Shown here piece after piece: positions 8,911 to 19,047 of a DNA stretch of 64,000 bases (position 1 is its first letter; each line of letters starts with the position of its first letter). The stretch is from Trichormus sp. ATA11-4-KO1. GTDB taxonomy: Bacteria > Cyanobacteriota > Cyanobacteriia > Cyanobacteriales > Nostocaceae. The notes under the pieces were generated by a model that did no database searches, was not told where the DNA came from, and saw only the letters and a list, made by a program, of their open reading frames with translations. The DNA lies in the NCBI GenBank assembly GCA_019358915.1, contig JAHHIM010000001.1, positions 224,001 through 288,000 on the forward strand. The letters run 5' to 3'. The position numbers and the translations under genes are program-made.

Positions 8911-10191
8911 CTACAAGAATTGGGCAATTCTCTCAACAGCAGTTTCTAATAAAGGTGGTTCATGCACCAAAGCAAAGCGGACATATCCTTCTCCAGATTT
9001 GCCAAAACCGGCACCAGGGGAAGCGGCTACACCAGTTTGTTTGACTAACTGAGTACAAAATTCCACAGAATTGTGATTCCAAGGCGAGGGTAACTTAGCC
9101 CAAATGTACATTGTGGCCTTGGGAGTAGGTACATACCAACCGATACGGTGCAAGGCAGAAATAAAGCTATCGCGACGTTTACGAAAGGTAGCAACGGCAT
9201 CTGCTACTCCGGTTTGGGGGCCATTCAAGGCAGCGATCGCCCCATTTAAAATTCCCCGATACTGATTAAAATCAACGGCTGCTTTGACTTGGCGTAACGC
9301 CTGAATTAACTGGGCATTGCCGATGGCGTAGCCAATCCGGAAGCCCCCCATATTGTAGGACTTGGAAAGAGTGAAAAATTCAATGGATACACTTTTATCT
9401 GGGTCAGCTTGCAAAACAGAAGGTACTAAGGACGGGGCATAGGGCATCGCTTTTTCCCCCACTCCCCCACTCTCCCACTCCCTACTACCCACGGTCATTG
9501 AGCTTGTCGTTCGCGGAGCGTCTCGAAGAGAAGCGCCCCACTCCCTACTTTCCGCAAACACCAAATCCACGTAGGGAAAATCGTGAACTAAGACGATATT
9601 ATGTTGCTGACAGAAGGCTACAGCTTCTTGGAAAAAAGCTAAAGGAGCGATCGCCGCAGTCGGATTATGAGGATAGCTCAATACCATCATCCGCGATTGA
9701 GCCAAAACATCTGGGGGAATATCAGCAAATACTGGTAAAAAATTGTTTTCTGACCGTAGTGGCATTGAGTAGATTTGACCACTAGCTAAGTAAACTCCCC
9801 CGGCATGAGATGGGTAGCCCGGATCAAGCAATAAAGCAAAATCTCCGGGGTTAAGCAGAGCTAAAGGTAGATGGGCAGTACCTTCTTGGGAACCAATCAG
9901 AGGCAGTACCTCAGTTTCTGGGTCTACTTTGATGCCAAATTTTTTTGCGTACCAGTTAGCTGCGGCTTGGCGAAATGCTTGAGTGCCATGAAACAGCAAG
10001 TAGCCGTGGGTACTTGGATCATCAAGAGACTGAGCGATCGCCTCGATGACGTGCGCTTGTGCTGGTAAATCAGAAGACCCCAAAGACAAATCAATTAACT
10101 GTCTTCCTGCTGATAGAGCCACAGCCTTGGCTTTGTCCATATCAGCAAATACATTAGATTGCAGGGGTTGTAAACGCTTAGCAAACTGCAT
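8911..10191 (-). CDS. PLP-dependent class I/II aminotransferase (LL-DAP aminotransferase-like) with a repeat-derived insertion
   Basis: GSQEG, YPHNPT, HDFPY and SKSYNMGGFRIG (PLP lysine). Confidence 0.9.
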   Translation of the reverse strand: MQFAKRLQPLQSNVFADMDKAKAVALSAGRQLIDLSLGSSDLPAQAHVIEAIAQSLDDPSTHGYLLFHGTQAFRQAAANWYAKKFGIKVDPETEVLPLIGSQEGTAHLPLALLNPGDFALLLDPGYPSHAGGVYLASGQIYSMPLRSENNFLPVFADIPPDVLAQSRMMVLSYPHNPTAAIAPLAFFQEAVAFCQQHNIVLVHDFPYVDLVFAESREWGASLRDAPRTTSSMTVGSREWESGGVGEKAMPYAPSLVPSVLQADPDKSVSIEFFTLSKSYNMGGFRIGYAIGNAQLIQALRQVKAAVDFNQYRGILNGAIAALNGPQTGVADAVATFRKRRDSFISALHRIGWYVPTPKATMYIWAKLPSPWNHNSVEFCTQLVKQTGVAASPGAGFGKSGEGYVRFALVHEPPLLETAVERIAQFL

Positions 10192-10262
10192 TTTAGTTAT
10201 TAGTCAACAATCGTTAGTAATTAGTCGTTAGTCTTGAGTCAGCATGGACTATTGACTACAGA

Positions 10263-10598
10263 CTAATTACTACTTAAGTGTGTATCTAAGAGGTCGAGTA
10301 ACTTTTCTTTGCCAATTACTCCCTCAGTGGATACTATTAACTCTTCTCCCTGAACTAGCCTGAGGGCTGGTACACCTTCTACCTGGTATTGCTTCACAGT
10401 TATAGGATTGGGATCGACTTCTATTTTAACGACTTTGAGGCGATCGCTGTATTTAGTAGCAACTAAGTTAATCAGTGGCGACATTAATTGACACGGCCCA
10501 CACCAGGAAGCCCAAAAGTAAACCAATACAGGCTGCTCGGCTTGCAAAACTTCGGTTTCAAACTCACCATCAGTTATGGTGATTACGCCCTTACTCAT
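10263..10598 (-). CDS. Thioredoxin
   Basis: WCGPC active site; start chosen at MSKGV. Confidence 0.9.
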   Translation of the reverse strand: MSKGVITITDGEFETEVLQAEQPVLVYFWASWCGPCQLMSPLINLVATKYSDRLKVVKIEVDPNPITVKQYQVEGVPALRLVQGEELIVSTEGVIGKEKLLDLLDTHLSSN

Positions 10599-10751
10599 TA
10601 CAGTCTCCATGTAGGTGGCATCGATCAAAGTTGGCACACAGAATACTCTATCTTAAAAGTGCTTCCTCCCTGAATTCTGAGTTTTGAGTAATGAAGCAAA
10701 ATCCCACAACCAACAGGCGTGGGACTAGCTCAGACAAATGTTTTAACAAAG

Positions 10752-11525
10752 TTACATTTGATCCAATTGCTTGCGTAGGGATTCTAATTCGGAATCAACC
10801 ACTTCATTAGATTTAGGAGCGCTGCTTTGTTGTTCTGGTGGCAGTTGAGCTTGGTTGGGTGCAGCCGCAGGTGGTAGCATCTGGGCTTTTAAGGCTGCCA
10901 ATTCATCATCAACATCGCTACTTTCTAACTGAGCAAATTGGCTCTCTAAATCTGTACCTGCCAATTCTGCTGCTGATTGGGCACGAGCTTCTTGCATCAT
11001 CACTTTTTCTTCCATGCGCTCGAAAGCCGCCATGGCGCTGCTACTATTCATCCCGCGCACCATGCCTTCAAGTTGCTCTTGGGCTTTGGCGGTGGTAATT
11101 CGAGCTTTGAGCATTTCTTTTTTGGTTTTAGCCTCAGAAATCTTGCTTTCTAGCTGAATTAAGTTGCGTTTGAGGGTTTCAACTTGAGTTGATTGCTGAT
11201 CTAAGCTAGTTTTCAGGGCGACGCTAGTATCAGTAAAAGTCTTTTTACGTTCTAGGGCTTGCCTTGCTAGGTTTTCATCACCTTTTTGCAGCGCTAATTG
11301 GGCATTGCGTTGCCACTTATTGATTTCATTTTGGGCATCATTGTATTGTTTTTCTGTCCGTTTTTGGGCAGCGATCGCCTGAGCTACTCCCTGACGCAAC
11401 TGTACCAAGTCTTCCTGCATTTCCAGGATGGCTTGCTCTAGCATTTTTTCGGGATCTTCAGCTTTATTCACCAAGTCGTTGAGGTTAGCACTGACTACTC
11501 GTCTAATACGATCAAATAATCCCAT
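10752..11525 (-). CDS. vipp1: Vipp1/IM30 (PspA family with C-terminal extension)
   Basis: MGLFDRIRRVVSANLNDLVNKAEDPEKMLEQ, then a Pro/Gln linker and terminal helix VVDSELESLRKQLDQM. Confidence 0.9.
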   Translation of the reverse strand: MGLFDRIRRVVSANLNDLVNKAEDPEKMLEQAILEMQEDLVQLRQGVAQAIAAQKRTEKQYNDAQNEINKWQRNAQLALQKGDENLARQALERKKTFTDTSVALKTSLDQQSTQVETLKRNLIQLESKISEAKTKKEMLKARITTAKAQEQLEGMVRGMNSSSAMAAFERMEEKVMMQEARAQSAAELAGTDLESQFAQLESSDVDDELAALKAQMLPPAAAPNQAQLPPEQQSSAPKSNEVVDSELESLRKQLDQM

Positions 11526-11775
11526 AATTTTGTTTTTCCTTTTGGAGTTTACGCGCTTTGTTGAACAGTTCGCTTTTTTACTATTTAATAGCTTCCTATT
11601 TCAATGTAATCTTTCCAGTTTGGTTCGGTACCTCCCGACACCCATTAATTTTTCAGATATAGTAGTTGCCACGTAATTTAGGACATATAATCATCAAACC
11701 CAGACACCAAGAGATTTTCCCGCCTGTTCCCTGTTATATATCCTAGCTGTGGTAATTGCCCAATCTGCCAAGCTT

Positions 11776-12474
11776 TTAACTTTCGGGTAACTTTTGTTGC
11801 TGTGTGTTTCCTCCTTCATTTAAAACCTGCACTTTCATAGCTGCTAGTTCCGTATCGATATCATTAGCCGATTCTAGAGTTTCAAATTGTTTTTGCAGGT
11901 CGTCGCTACCAAGTTGAGCGATCGCTTCTGACTGCGCTTCGATTTGCAAAACTTTGTCTTCCATGCGCTCAAAAGCATTGAGACTGCTCGTAGCAGAAGT
12001 ACTATCAAGCATTTCTTGCAGTCGATAAGAAGCCTCTGCCGAACGGGCGCGGGCAATATACATATCTTTTTTAGTTTTTGCCTCGGATATTTTTAACTCT
12101 AGCGATCGCATATCTTTTTTCAGCCTAGCTACCACATCGTTTTGCTGTTCTATTTGACTAGATAAGGCTGTGGCAGTTTCTTGATAGGCTTTGCGTTTTG
12201 TCAAAGCTTCCCGTGCTAGAGGTTCATTACCTTGTTGTAGTGCCAGTTGAGCGCGGCGATACCATTCTTCTGCTGTTGATTGAGCAGCCCCTGCTTGCCG
12301 TTCAGTGCGTTTTTGGGTAGCGATCGCTTGCGCTACCCCCTGTCGTAATCGCACTAAGTTTTCCTGCATCTCCAGCACGGCTTGTTCTAAAATCTTTTCA
12401 GGATCTTCTGCACTGCCTATTAAACTATTGAGGTTAGCGCGAATTATCCGCAGGATACGCTTGATCAGTTCCAT
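11776..12474 (-). CDS. pspA: PspA/IM30-family protein (no Vipp1 terminal helix)
   Basis: AEDPEKILEQ...AFERMEDKV; paralog of the neighbouring gene. Confidence 0.85.
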   Translation of the reverse strand: MELIKRILRIIRANLNSLIGSAEDPEKILEQAVLEMQENLVRLRQGVAQAIATQKRTERQAGAAQSTAEEWYRRAQLALQQGNEPLAREALTKRKAYQETATALSSQIEQQNDVVARLKKDMRSLELKISEAKTKKDMYIARARSAEASYRLQEMLDSTSATSSLNAFERMEDKVLQIEAQSEAIAQLGSDDLQKQFETLESANDIDTELAAMKVQVLNEGGNTQQQKLPES

Positions 12475-12510
12475 GTCGGCTCTCCATTTACCTTACTCAG
12501 TGCTGAGTGC

Positions 12511-12534
12511 GCTTGCCCTGAGCGAAGTCGAAGG
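12511..12534. repeat. 24-nt dispersed element inserted in a GTGCTGA array (copy 1 of 3)
   Basis: GCTTGCCCTGAGCGAAGTCGAAGG; near-identical copies at 14919-14942 and 55239-55262. Confidence 0.85.
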
Positions 12535-12655
12535 GGAGCGCTGAGTGCTGAGTGAAATACAAATCAGTACTCTTCATTAATTTTTGATGTTTGCTAGTCA
12601 ACAGGTAGAGCATTTTTTTAGCTGTTTTTCTCATCCTATCTTAGATTTTTGCAAC

Positions 12656-13885
12656 TCATGGCTGCTGAATCCTCGCTTTGATTCCCTTTGCTTGTAGCTG
12701 TTGCACCTTTTGCTGTGCTTCTGCTTGCGTCTTCACTGCACCCAGATAAATCAAAGTTTTTCCAGGTGATAAATAAGCATCGGCAACTACTTTTTGGGCA
12801 GTGGCGAGAGCGCGATCGCCTTGATTGTCTGTCACTATATGATAAAACCCATCTGCTGCTGGTGTGATTTGGGCATTAACATTTGGTGGAGTTGTCGTCG
12901 CCTGGGGTGAGGGTTGTACTGTTGCAGGTGAAGGCGAATCTAGGGGAGGTAAGGGCTGTGATTGTGGTAATGAGTTGACAACTGGAGGAATTATGGGTGA
13001 TGGGGTAATTATCGGACTGGGTATTGGTTGAACCTTGGGTTGTAAACCAACTACATCTGTCGGGTCTCTCACCTCAGGAAATTCTTTAGCAGCTAAATTG
13101 GGATACTTAGGTATGGGTGTGAGTTCTGGCTTGACCTGAGGTTGGGTATTACTTCCCACTTGCTCAATATTTTCCCCATCGGGAGATGAATTGCTGGGAA
13201 ACAGTCTTGCTAAATTAAACTGAGACCAGCCTTGAGAATTAGGATTAAACACCACGTAACCCAGGGTCAGGCTTGCCAATAATAGCAGCAACATCGAACC
13301 GATACCCAGAGGAGATAACAGAGTCTCATTGGCATTGCTGGGCTTCTCTGTTTGTGTTTGTTCATCTGTCAGACTTCGCAGTAGTGCTTCACTCGATTCC
13401 AAGTAGTCATCTGGCTGTGAGGTGTCGTTTGCTTGGGCGAGATTTTCACTTTGATGAGCATTAACGACTGTAGGCACAATGCTACTTTGAGCGTTTGATG
13501 AGGGCTTTTGTGTTTTGTTAGACTCAGTATTGGTGGGTACGTTGAAAGAATTAACTGCCTCTGTTGTTGCAGTGGGTGGTGCTGGATGCTCCTGAGGAGT
13601 TTCATTAAGTATAAATGCCGGAGTAGTATTAGTATTAATTTCTGCAACAGATAACGGAGTTTGACCATCTGTTGCAGTAGCATCCATCAAATCCTGAGAT
13701 TGATTACCGATGTAACTTCCCATACGGGATTGATTTGGCATCCTCACGCCTATGCGTGTGCGTCGGTATCGGGCTAACTCTTGGTCTAGCGGCACTTCTA
13801 AACTCGCCAGTGCTGCCGCTAATTCTGGTTTTAACCCAGATACTTTAGATGATTGAGTACCGGAATCTATCGGATTTTGACTCAT
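12656..13885 (-). CDS. Membrane protein with Pro-rich linker and probable C-terminal SPOR-like domain
   Basis: One central TM helix (GIGSMLLLLLASLTLGYVV); C-terminal YLGAVKTQAEAQQKVQQLQAKGIKARI. Confidence 0.7.
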   Translation of the reverse strand: MSQNPIDSGTQSSKVSGLKPELAAALASLEVPLDQELARYRRTRIGVRMPNQSRMGSYIGNQSQDLMDATATDGQTPLSVAEINTNTTPAFILNETPQEHPAPPTATTEAVNSFNVPTNTESNKTQKPSSNAQSSIVPTVVNAHQSENLAQANDTSQPDDYLESSEALLRSLTDEQTQTEKPSNANETLLSPLGIGSMLLLLLASLTLGYVVFNPNSQGWSQFNLARLFPSNSSPDGENIEQVGSNTQPQVKPELTPIPKYPNLAAKEFPEVRDPTDVVGLQPKVQPIPSPIITPSPIIPPVVNSLPQSQPLPPLDSPSPATVQPSPQATTTPPNVNAQITPAADGFYHIVTDNQGDRALATAQKVVADAYLSPGKTLIYLGAVKTQAEAQQKVQQLQAKGIKARIQQP

Positions 13886-14018
13886 TACCTCTCTGCCTCA
13901 AACCTAGACTACTGGATTAACTTTGGATACATTTGAGCCAATACTAGCGAAAATTATTTGATACTTATACACCCGCAAAAGTCTTTTTGCTTACACTCAG
14001 CACTCAGCACTTGCAAAA

Positions 14019-14615
14019 ATGTCGTTGAAATCAGTTAATGATATTTTAGGCGTTTTGGAACAGCAGGCTAAATGGCAAGAACAACCATTTCAGCAGTTAC
14101 TCCAGATTTGGCCAGAAGTTGTCGGTTCAGTGGTGGCTGCCCATACGCGACCATTGTCAATTCAACGTAATGTTTTATGGGTGGCAACTTCTAGCGCTGC
14201 TTGGGCGCAAAACATGACTTTTGGACGCCAGACCCTGCTTTTCAAGTTAAATCAAAAGCTGCCCAAGCCTTTGGCAGATATTCGCTTCTCTACTGCTAGT
14301 TGGCAACTTCCTCCCCAGGTGGAACAGCAACCAACGGTTTTGCCACAAGAACATCCCAGTTATCTAGGTGATGTCAATAGCTTCCGCCGTGATGTTACGC
14401 CCCATATTAACAACGCGAATACTGCTTTTGGATCTTGGGCAAAGACAATGCAAGCGCGATCGCATAATTTACCTCTTTGTCCTCAATGCCAATGTCCCAC
14501 CCCACCCGGTGAACTCCAGCGCTGGCATGTCTGTTCTATTTGTGCTGCCAAGCAGTTGTCAATTCAGAAGGCAGAAGGCAGGAGGCAGAAGGCAGAAGGG
14601 AACCCACGTTTTTAA
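14019..14615 (+). CDS. DUF721 / DciA-family protein with Zn ribbon
   Basis: WPEVVG...HTRP...LWVATSSAAWAQNM and CPQC...CSIC. Confidence 0.85.
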   Translation: MSLKSVNDILGVLEQQAKWQEQPFQQLLQIWPEVVGSVVAAHTRPLSIQRNVLWVATSSAAWAQNMTFGRQTLLFKLNQKLPKPLADIRFSTASWQLPPQVEQQPTVLPQEHPSYLGDVNSFRRDVTPHINNANTAFGSWAKTMQARSHNLPLCPQCQCPTPPGELQRWHVCSICAAKQLSIQKAEGRRQKAEGNPRF

Positions 14616-14683
14616 ACGTGGGATTGAAGTAAGGACACCTTGTGTCTCGTGGCACTTGCCGCTCGACACAAATCTTTTTATAC

Positions 14684-14848
14684 TAAGTAGGACGGCGTAA
14701 ATAATTAAAGGTTTGTAGTCGGGACTTTAGTCCTGAATTAAGGGCTGTACTGCTTCGCAGAACCCGTAGGGTAGCCCTTACTACGAGCTAAATTATGATA
14801 ATTTTACATTGCTTCACATAGTTAAATTTATTCCCGCCAACTTACTTA
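14684..14848. mobile_element. MITE-like element, same ends as 4164-4294
   Basis: TAAGTAGG...ACATAGTT...ACTTACTTA. Confidence 0.6.
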
Positions 14849-15148
14849 GTGGGCTTTAGACCCACAACTAAAGTTTTTATTAATACTTCTTTTCTTCTGA
14901 CTTGAAAGTGCTGAGTGCGCTTGTCCTGAGCGAAGTCGAAGGGGAGTACTGAGTGCTGAGTAAAAATTCCAGTCTCTAGCTTCTAGTCTCTCTTTCATAC
15001 TTGGCTGTGAAACTCGTTTCATCGGAACTGCCCTCTGTCCTCTGCCTTTTGAGAGGGTCACCTGAAATCAAATCTGCCAGAAAAGCTATTAACTGGGTAA
15101 ATTGGGATATAGAACCAGAAAAATTTTCTGTGCAAACCTGACCCGGAA

Positions 15149-15643
15149 ATGGTAATGAACAACTATTATCAAGATTTTTTGATTCGTAACTGGGAGATGA
15201 GCGATCGCACCAGAGCCGCTTCTGTCATCAGTTACGTTTTATCAGAATATGGTCTGGGTTGGGAACCCAATGGCGCAGACAAAGATGTGCTGCAAGTAGA
15301 AGAATTTTACCTAGCAACTGGTGGCGAGTTTTGGGTAATTGAACACCAAAGCCAGTTAGTAGGTACTGGGGCATACTACCCGATCAAACGTGGTAAAAAA
15401 GCTGTAGAAATTCGCAAAATGTATCTTTTATCAAGCGTTAGGGGTTTAGGATTAGGAAAGTATTTATTACAACAGTTAGAAGCCGCGATCGCTGCTCGTG
15501 GTTTTCAGCAAATTTGGATTGAAACTGCCAGTGTTTTGGTGGAAGCAGTCAAGTTGTATGAAAGCAACGGTTACAAACCAGCAACGGGAGTCGAAACAAC
15601 ACGCTGCGATCGCGTGTATGTGAAATTCCTCAACCAGCCTTAA
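15149..15643 (+). CDS. GNAT-family N-acetyltransferase
   Basis: EIRKMYL, RGLGLG acetyl-CoA motif and AVKLYESNGY. Confidence 0.9.
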   Translation: MVMNNYYQDFLIRNWEMSDRTRAASVISYVLSEYGLGWEPNGADKDVLQVEEFYLATGGEFWVIEHQSQLVGTGAYYPIKRGKKAVEIRKMYLLSSVRGLGLGKYLLQQLEAAIAARGFQQIWIETASVLVEAVKLYESNGYKPATGVETTRCDRVYVKFLNQP

Positions 15644-15714
15644 ATACCAACTTGGTGTTTTCTGCCAGCGCCATTATTCAATACCGCCAGTTACCTGTGC
15701 AGGAAAACCCGTTT

Positions 15715-15957
15715 TCAATGCTGACTCCTCAGAACTTTTTTTAAGTTATGAGGTGGTTGATGACTTAGTTTGTAACTAGACAAGCAGGCTTCAAGATAAG
15801 GACAGTCTTCACACTTAAGCTCTTTTCCTGGATTGGCACAGCCACAGGGAACATTGACGAAACATTCATCAGGATTTTGAGGGGGTGAATATTTTTTAAA
15901 TATAAAATATACAGCAGCTTCTTTTAGACAAAAAAGAATGTCTTGCACCATAAACAA
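15715..15957 (-). CDS. Small Cys-rich hypothetical protein
   Basis: C-x5-CGC-x8-CEDCPYLEAC cluster; the start may be the ATG at 15951. Confidence 0.6.
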   Translation of the reverse strand: MFMVQDILFCLKEAAVYFIFKKYSPPQNPDECFVNVPCGCANPGKELKCEDCPYLEACLSSYKLSHQPPHNLKKVLRSQH

Positions 15958-16002
15958 CCTAGTTGAATTAAGTTTGAGTAATGAATGATTAAAGTGTAAA
16001 TT

Positions 16003-16200
16003 TTAAACTACAGACCACCGATTCCAGGCTGAAATTTTATCTTCTACTACAAATTGTCTCTTTTGGGAATTGACAGTTTCCGCTACTAAAACTTTCAGAG
16101 TTATGGTTTGGATATTATTAATGATTTGATGTCCGTAACCGATGACTTTCCCCAGATGTCCTGTTTGTTGATTTAGCACATAATCACCAATGGTGAACAT
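16003..16200 (-). CDS. Small hypothetical protein, KOW/SH3-like
   Basis: MFTIGDYV...GHLGKVIGYG pattern. Confidence 0.65.
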   Translation of the reverse strand: MFTIGDYVLNQQTGHLGKVIGYGHQIINNIQTITLKVLVAETVNSQKRQFVVEDKISAWNRWSVV

Positions 16201-16681
16201 AATTACACGATCAAAGCTTAATTTATTTCTACCTAACTTGAAAAACTAGCTCTTTTTCATTCGTTCTAGTGTATGTAGTTCATGATGGCTACTTAGATGA
16301 TTCTTAATTACATTTTTAATTTTCTGTACCCTAATCATGATAAACTTCATACCGAGGGAATGTTTTAGTTTAGACTTAAGTAATAGCTTATATTCACGTA
16401 GTTTATCACTTTGGACATAACAAAATATAGCTTGCCAATCAACCCTAAGTTGTCCCCTTCCGTGTCGCGAAAGGAGACATGATTCACCCCAGTCAAATTG
16501 TTGTAGTACTTGGTGAGATTGATTACTTTTGAAGTGGATTGAGAACTATGCGCTCAAAGGAGTTGAGTCTTCTAAGGAAAACTTTTGCTATTAGCCATAG
16601 GTTAAAATGTTTTGGCTCAATGCCATCTTCATCAAGAAATGGTATGACTACAAACAAGCAGGTGTATTGACGAGTTACTTA

Positions 16682-19045
16682 ATGATTCAGACAACTGGTG
16701 TAATTATTTGTCTTGGCTACATTTTAGGATTATTGTTAGCGACAGTTCCTTGGGGTGGCCTTTGGATTCTCGTCTTGGGGATAACGGCAGCATTTCTGTT
16801 GAGAAGACGCTACACCAGAACACGACAACTTGCTCAGAAACTAGAGAATTCTGGAAGTAAAACCAAGGTAGTACCTAACATCTGGCAAACTGCTCCCCAC
16901 CCTCGAGTGTGGCTAGCGGCTGGGTTAGTAGGGTTGTTAGCAACTGTGTATTTTCAGTGGCGAGTACCGCAACCGGGAGAGAAAGACATCAGTACATTTG
17001 TTGCTGCTAGAAATCAGAGTACTCAAGAACAACTGGTGATTGTTCGTGGTGAAGTGGCGAGTAATCCCCGCTTAACTCGCAGCCAAAGAGGACAGTTTTG
17101 GTTAAATGCAACTCAACTGGATCAAGTGAAAAACGACAAAAGCCCGGCGGATGTCTCGAAAGGAGTCACAGGTAAATTGTATGTGACTGTACCTTTACTT
17201 CAGGCTACTGGGTTATATCCTGGTCAACAAATTGATGTAACTGGAGTCTTATATAAACCGAAAGCAGCAGCAAATCCTGGAGCTTTTGATTTTCAGAAAT
17301 TTCTCAAGCAACAAGGAACATTTGCTGGTTTGACGGGAAGACAGATAAGTATTCTCGATCAGTATGAAGAACGTCAGTGGGGATGGTGGCAAATTCGGGA
17401 GCGCATTGTGCGATCGCAAGTTCGTTGGCTGGGTGTTCCAGAAGGGCCGCTTGTCAGTGCAATGGTTTTGGGTAGCAAAGCGGTTGATTTACCTTACGAT
17501 ATCCGCGATTTATTTGTTAAAGCAGGATTAGCTCATACTTTGGCAGCTTCAGGCTTTCAAACTTCCTTGATTTTGGGTTTGATATTACAGTTGACAAGGC
17601 GTACCACCAAAGGAACACAATTTACTTTAGGCTGTTTGGGTTTAATTATTTTCCTGAGTTTAACAGGGTTCCAACCTTCGGTACTGCGAGCCGTAATTAT
17701 GGGTTTTGCGGTATTAGTTGGTTTGGTATTAAAGAGAAAGGTTAAACAATTTGGCTCATTGCTATTAGCAGCAACTCTATTATTGTTATTTAATCCTTTA
17801 TGGATTGGAGATTTAGGCTTTCAACTGAGTTTTTTAGCAACATTAGGATTAATTGTTACAGTACCCGCACTTGTGAAACGCTGCGATTGGTTACCACCTG
17901 CGATCGCGTCTGTAATTGCTGTCCCCCTTGCGGCCACAATTTGGACTTTACCCCTGCAACTTTTCGTATTTGGGGTTGTACCTGCTTATAGTTTGCTACT
18001 GAATATCATTAGCACACCCTTGATTTCGATGATTAGTATAGGTGCAATTACCAGCGCCATAGCAGCTTTAATTTGGCCTGCGGCTGGCAGTACTTTAGCT
18101 GGATTATTGCATTACCCTACTGATTGGCTAATTAAATTAGTCGAATTATTTAGTAATTTGCCAGGTAATTCTATTGCTGTGGGTAGTATATCTGTTGGGC
18201 AGTTACTAGCGATTTATACATTAATTATATTGGTGTGGCTGGTGCGTTGGTGGCAGAAACGGTGGTGGTTTGCTAGTTTAGTTGCCATTGGTTTGGTACT
18301 GATTCCAGTTTGGCATTCTGCAAATACATTATTTAGAATTACAGTCTTAGCAGCAGGTACAGAACCAGTTGTAGTTATTCAAGACCGAGGTACAGTGACC
18401 TTAATTAATAGTGGAGATGAAGGTACAGGACGCTTCACTATTTTACCGTTTTTACAACAGCAAGGTGTGAATCAAATAGATTGGGCGATCGCGAGTAATT
18501 TTCCAGATAATGATAGTAGTGCTTGGTTGGAAGTTCTCCAAAGTCTACCGATCAAAAATTTTTATGAATATTCTGCAAATCAAAATATTACTATTGCTAC
18601 TCAGGCAATACAACAGGAAATCCAAAGACAAAAAGGCATTTACCAACCTTTAACACCTGGTCAAACAGTGAATATTAGTTCAGTAGTTGCCCAGTTAATT
18701 AATGAGCAACTGCCGATTTTACAATTGCAAATTCAAGGACAAAATTGGCTACTTATAGGTAATGTCAAGTCCAGAGAAGTGGAACAGCTAGTGAAGACAG
18801 GAAGCTTGCTCCGCCCTCAAGTACTGTGGTGTAGCCCTCAGTCTTTGAAAGATTTAGTACAGATACTGCAACCACAGGTGGCGATCGCCTCTTCTGGCAA
18901 TCTTGACCCAAAAACTTTATCTGAACTGAGTAAAAACCAGACGAAACTATTTTCGACAAGAGAAGATGGCGCTATCCAATGGACACCTGAAGGTCAATTT
19001 GAGGCATTTGTTCAGGCAATAGAAAATAAATCTTCTGTGTTTTAA
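16682..19045 (+). CDS. comEC: ComEC/Rec2 competence protein
   Basis: NPGAFDF, AGLAHTLAASGFQ, PSVLRA, GFQLSFLAT and a C-terminal MBL-like region. Confidence 0.93.
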   Translation: MIQTTGVIICLGYILGLLLATVPWGGLWILVLGITAAFLLRRRYTRTRQLAQKLENSGSKTKVVPNIWQTAPHPRVWLAAGLVGLLATVYFQWRVPQPGEKDISTFVAARNQSTQEQLVIVRGEVASNPRLTRSQRGQFWLNATQLDQVKNDKSPADVSKGVTGKLYVTVPLLQATGLYPGQQIDVTGVLYKPKAAANPGAFDFQKFLKQQGTFAGLTGRQISILDQYEERQWGWWQIRERIVRSQVRWLGVPEGPLVSAMVLGSKAVDLPYDIRDLFVKAGLAHTLAASGFQTSLILGLILQLTRRTTKGTQFTLGCLGLIIFLSLTGFQPSVLRAVIMGFAVLVGLVLKRKVKQFGSLLLAATLLLLFNPLWIGDLGFQLSFLATLGLIVTVPALVKRCDWLPPAIASVIAVPLAATIWTLPLQLFVFGVVPAYSLLLNIISTPLISMISIGAITSAIAALIWPAAGSTLAGLLHYPTDWLIKLVELFSNLPGNSIAVGSISVGQLLAIYTLIILVWLVRWWQKRWWFASLVAIGLVLIPVWHSANTLFRITVLAAGTEPVVVIQDRGTVTLINSGDEGTGRFTILPFLQQQGVNQIDWAIASNFPDNDSSAWLEVLQSLPIKNFYEYSANQNITIATQAIQQEIQRQKGIYQPLTPGQTVNISSVVAQLINEQLPILQLQIQGQNWLLIGNVKSREVEQLVKTGSLLRPQVLWCSPQSLKDLVQILQPQVAIASSGNLDPKTLSELSKNQTKLFSTREDGAIQWTPEGQFEAFVQAIENKSSVF

Positions 19046-19047
19046 TC

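Noticed and set aside
10752..12474. Tandem pspA/vipp1 paralogs
   Set aside because: A known arrangement in filamentous cyanobacteria, so not novel
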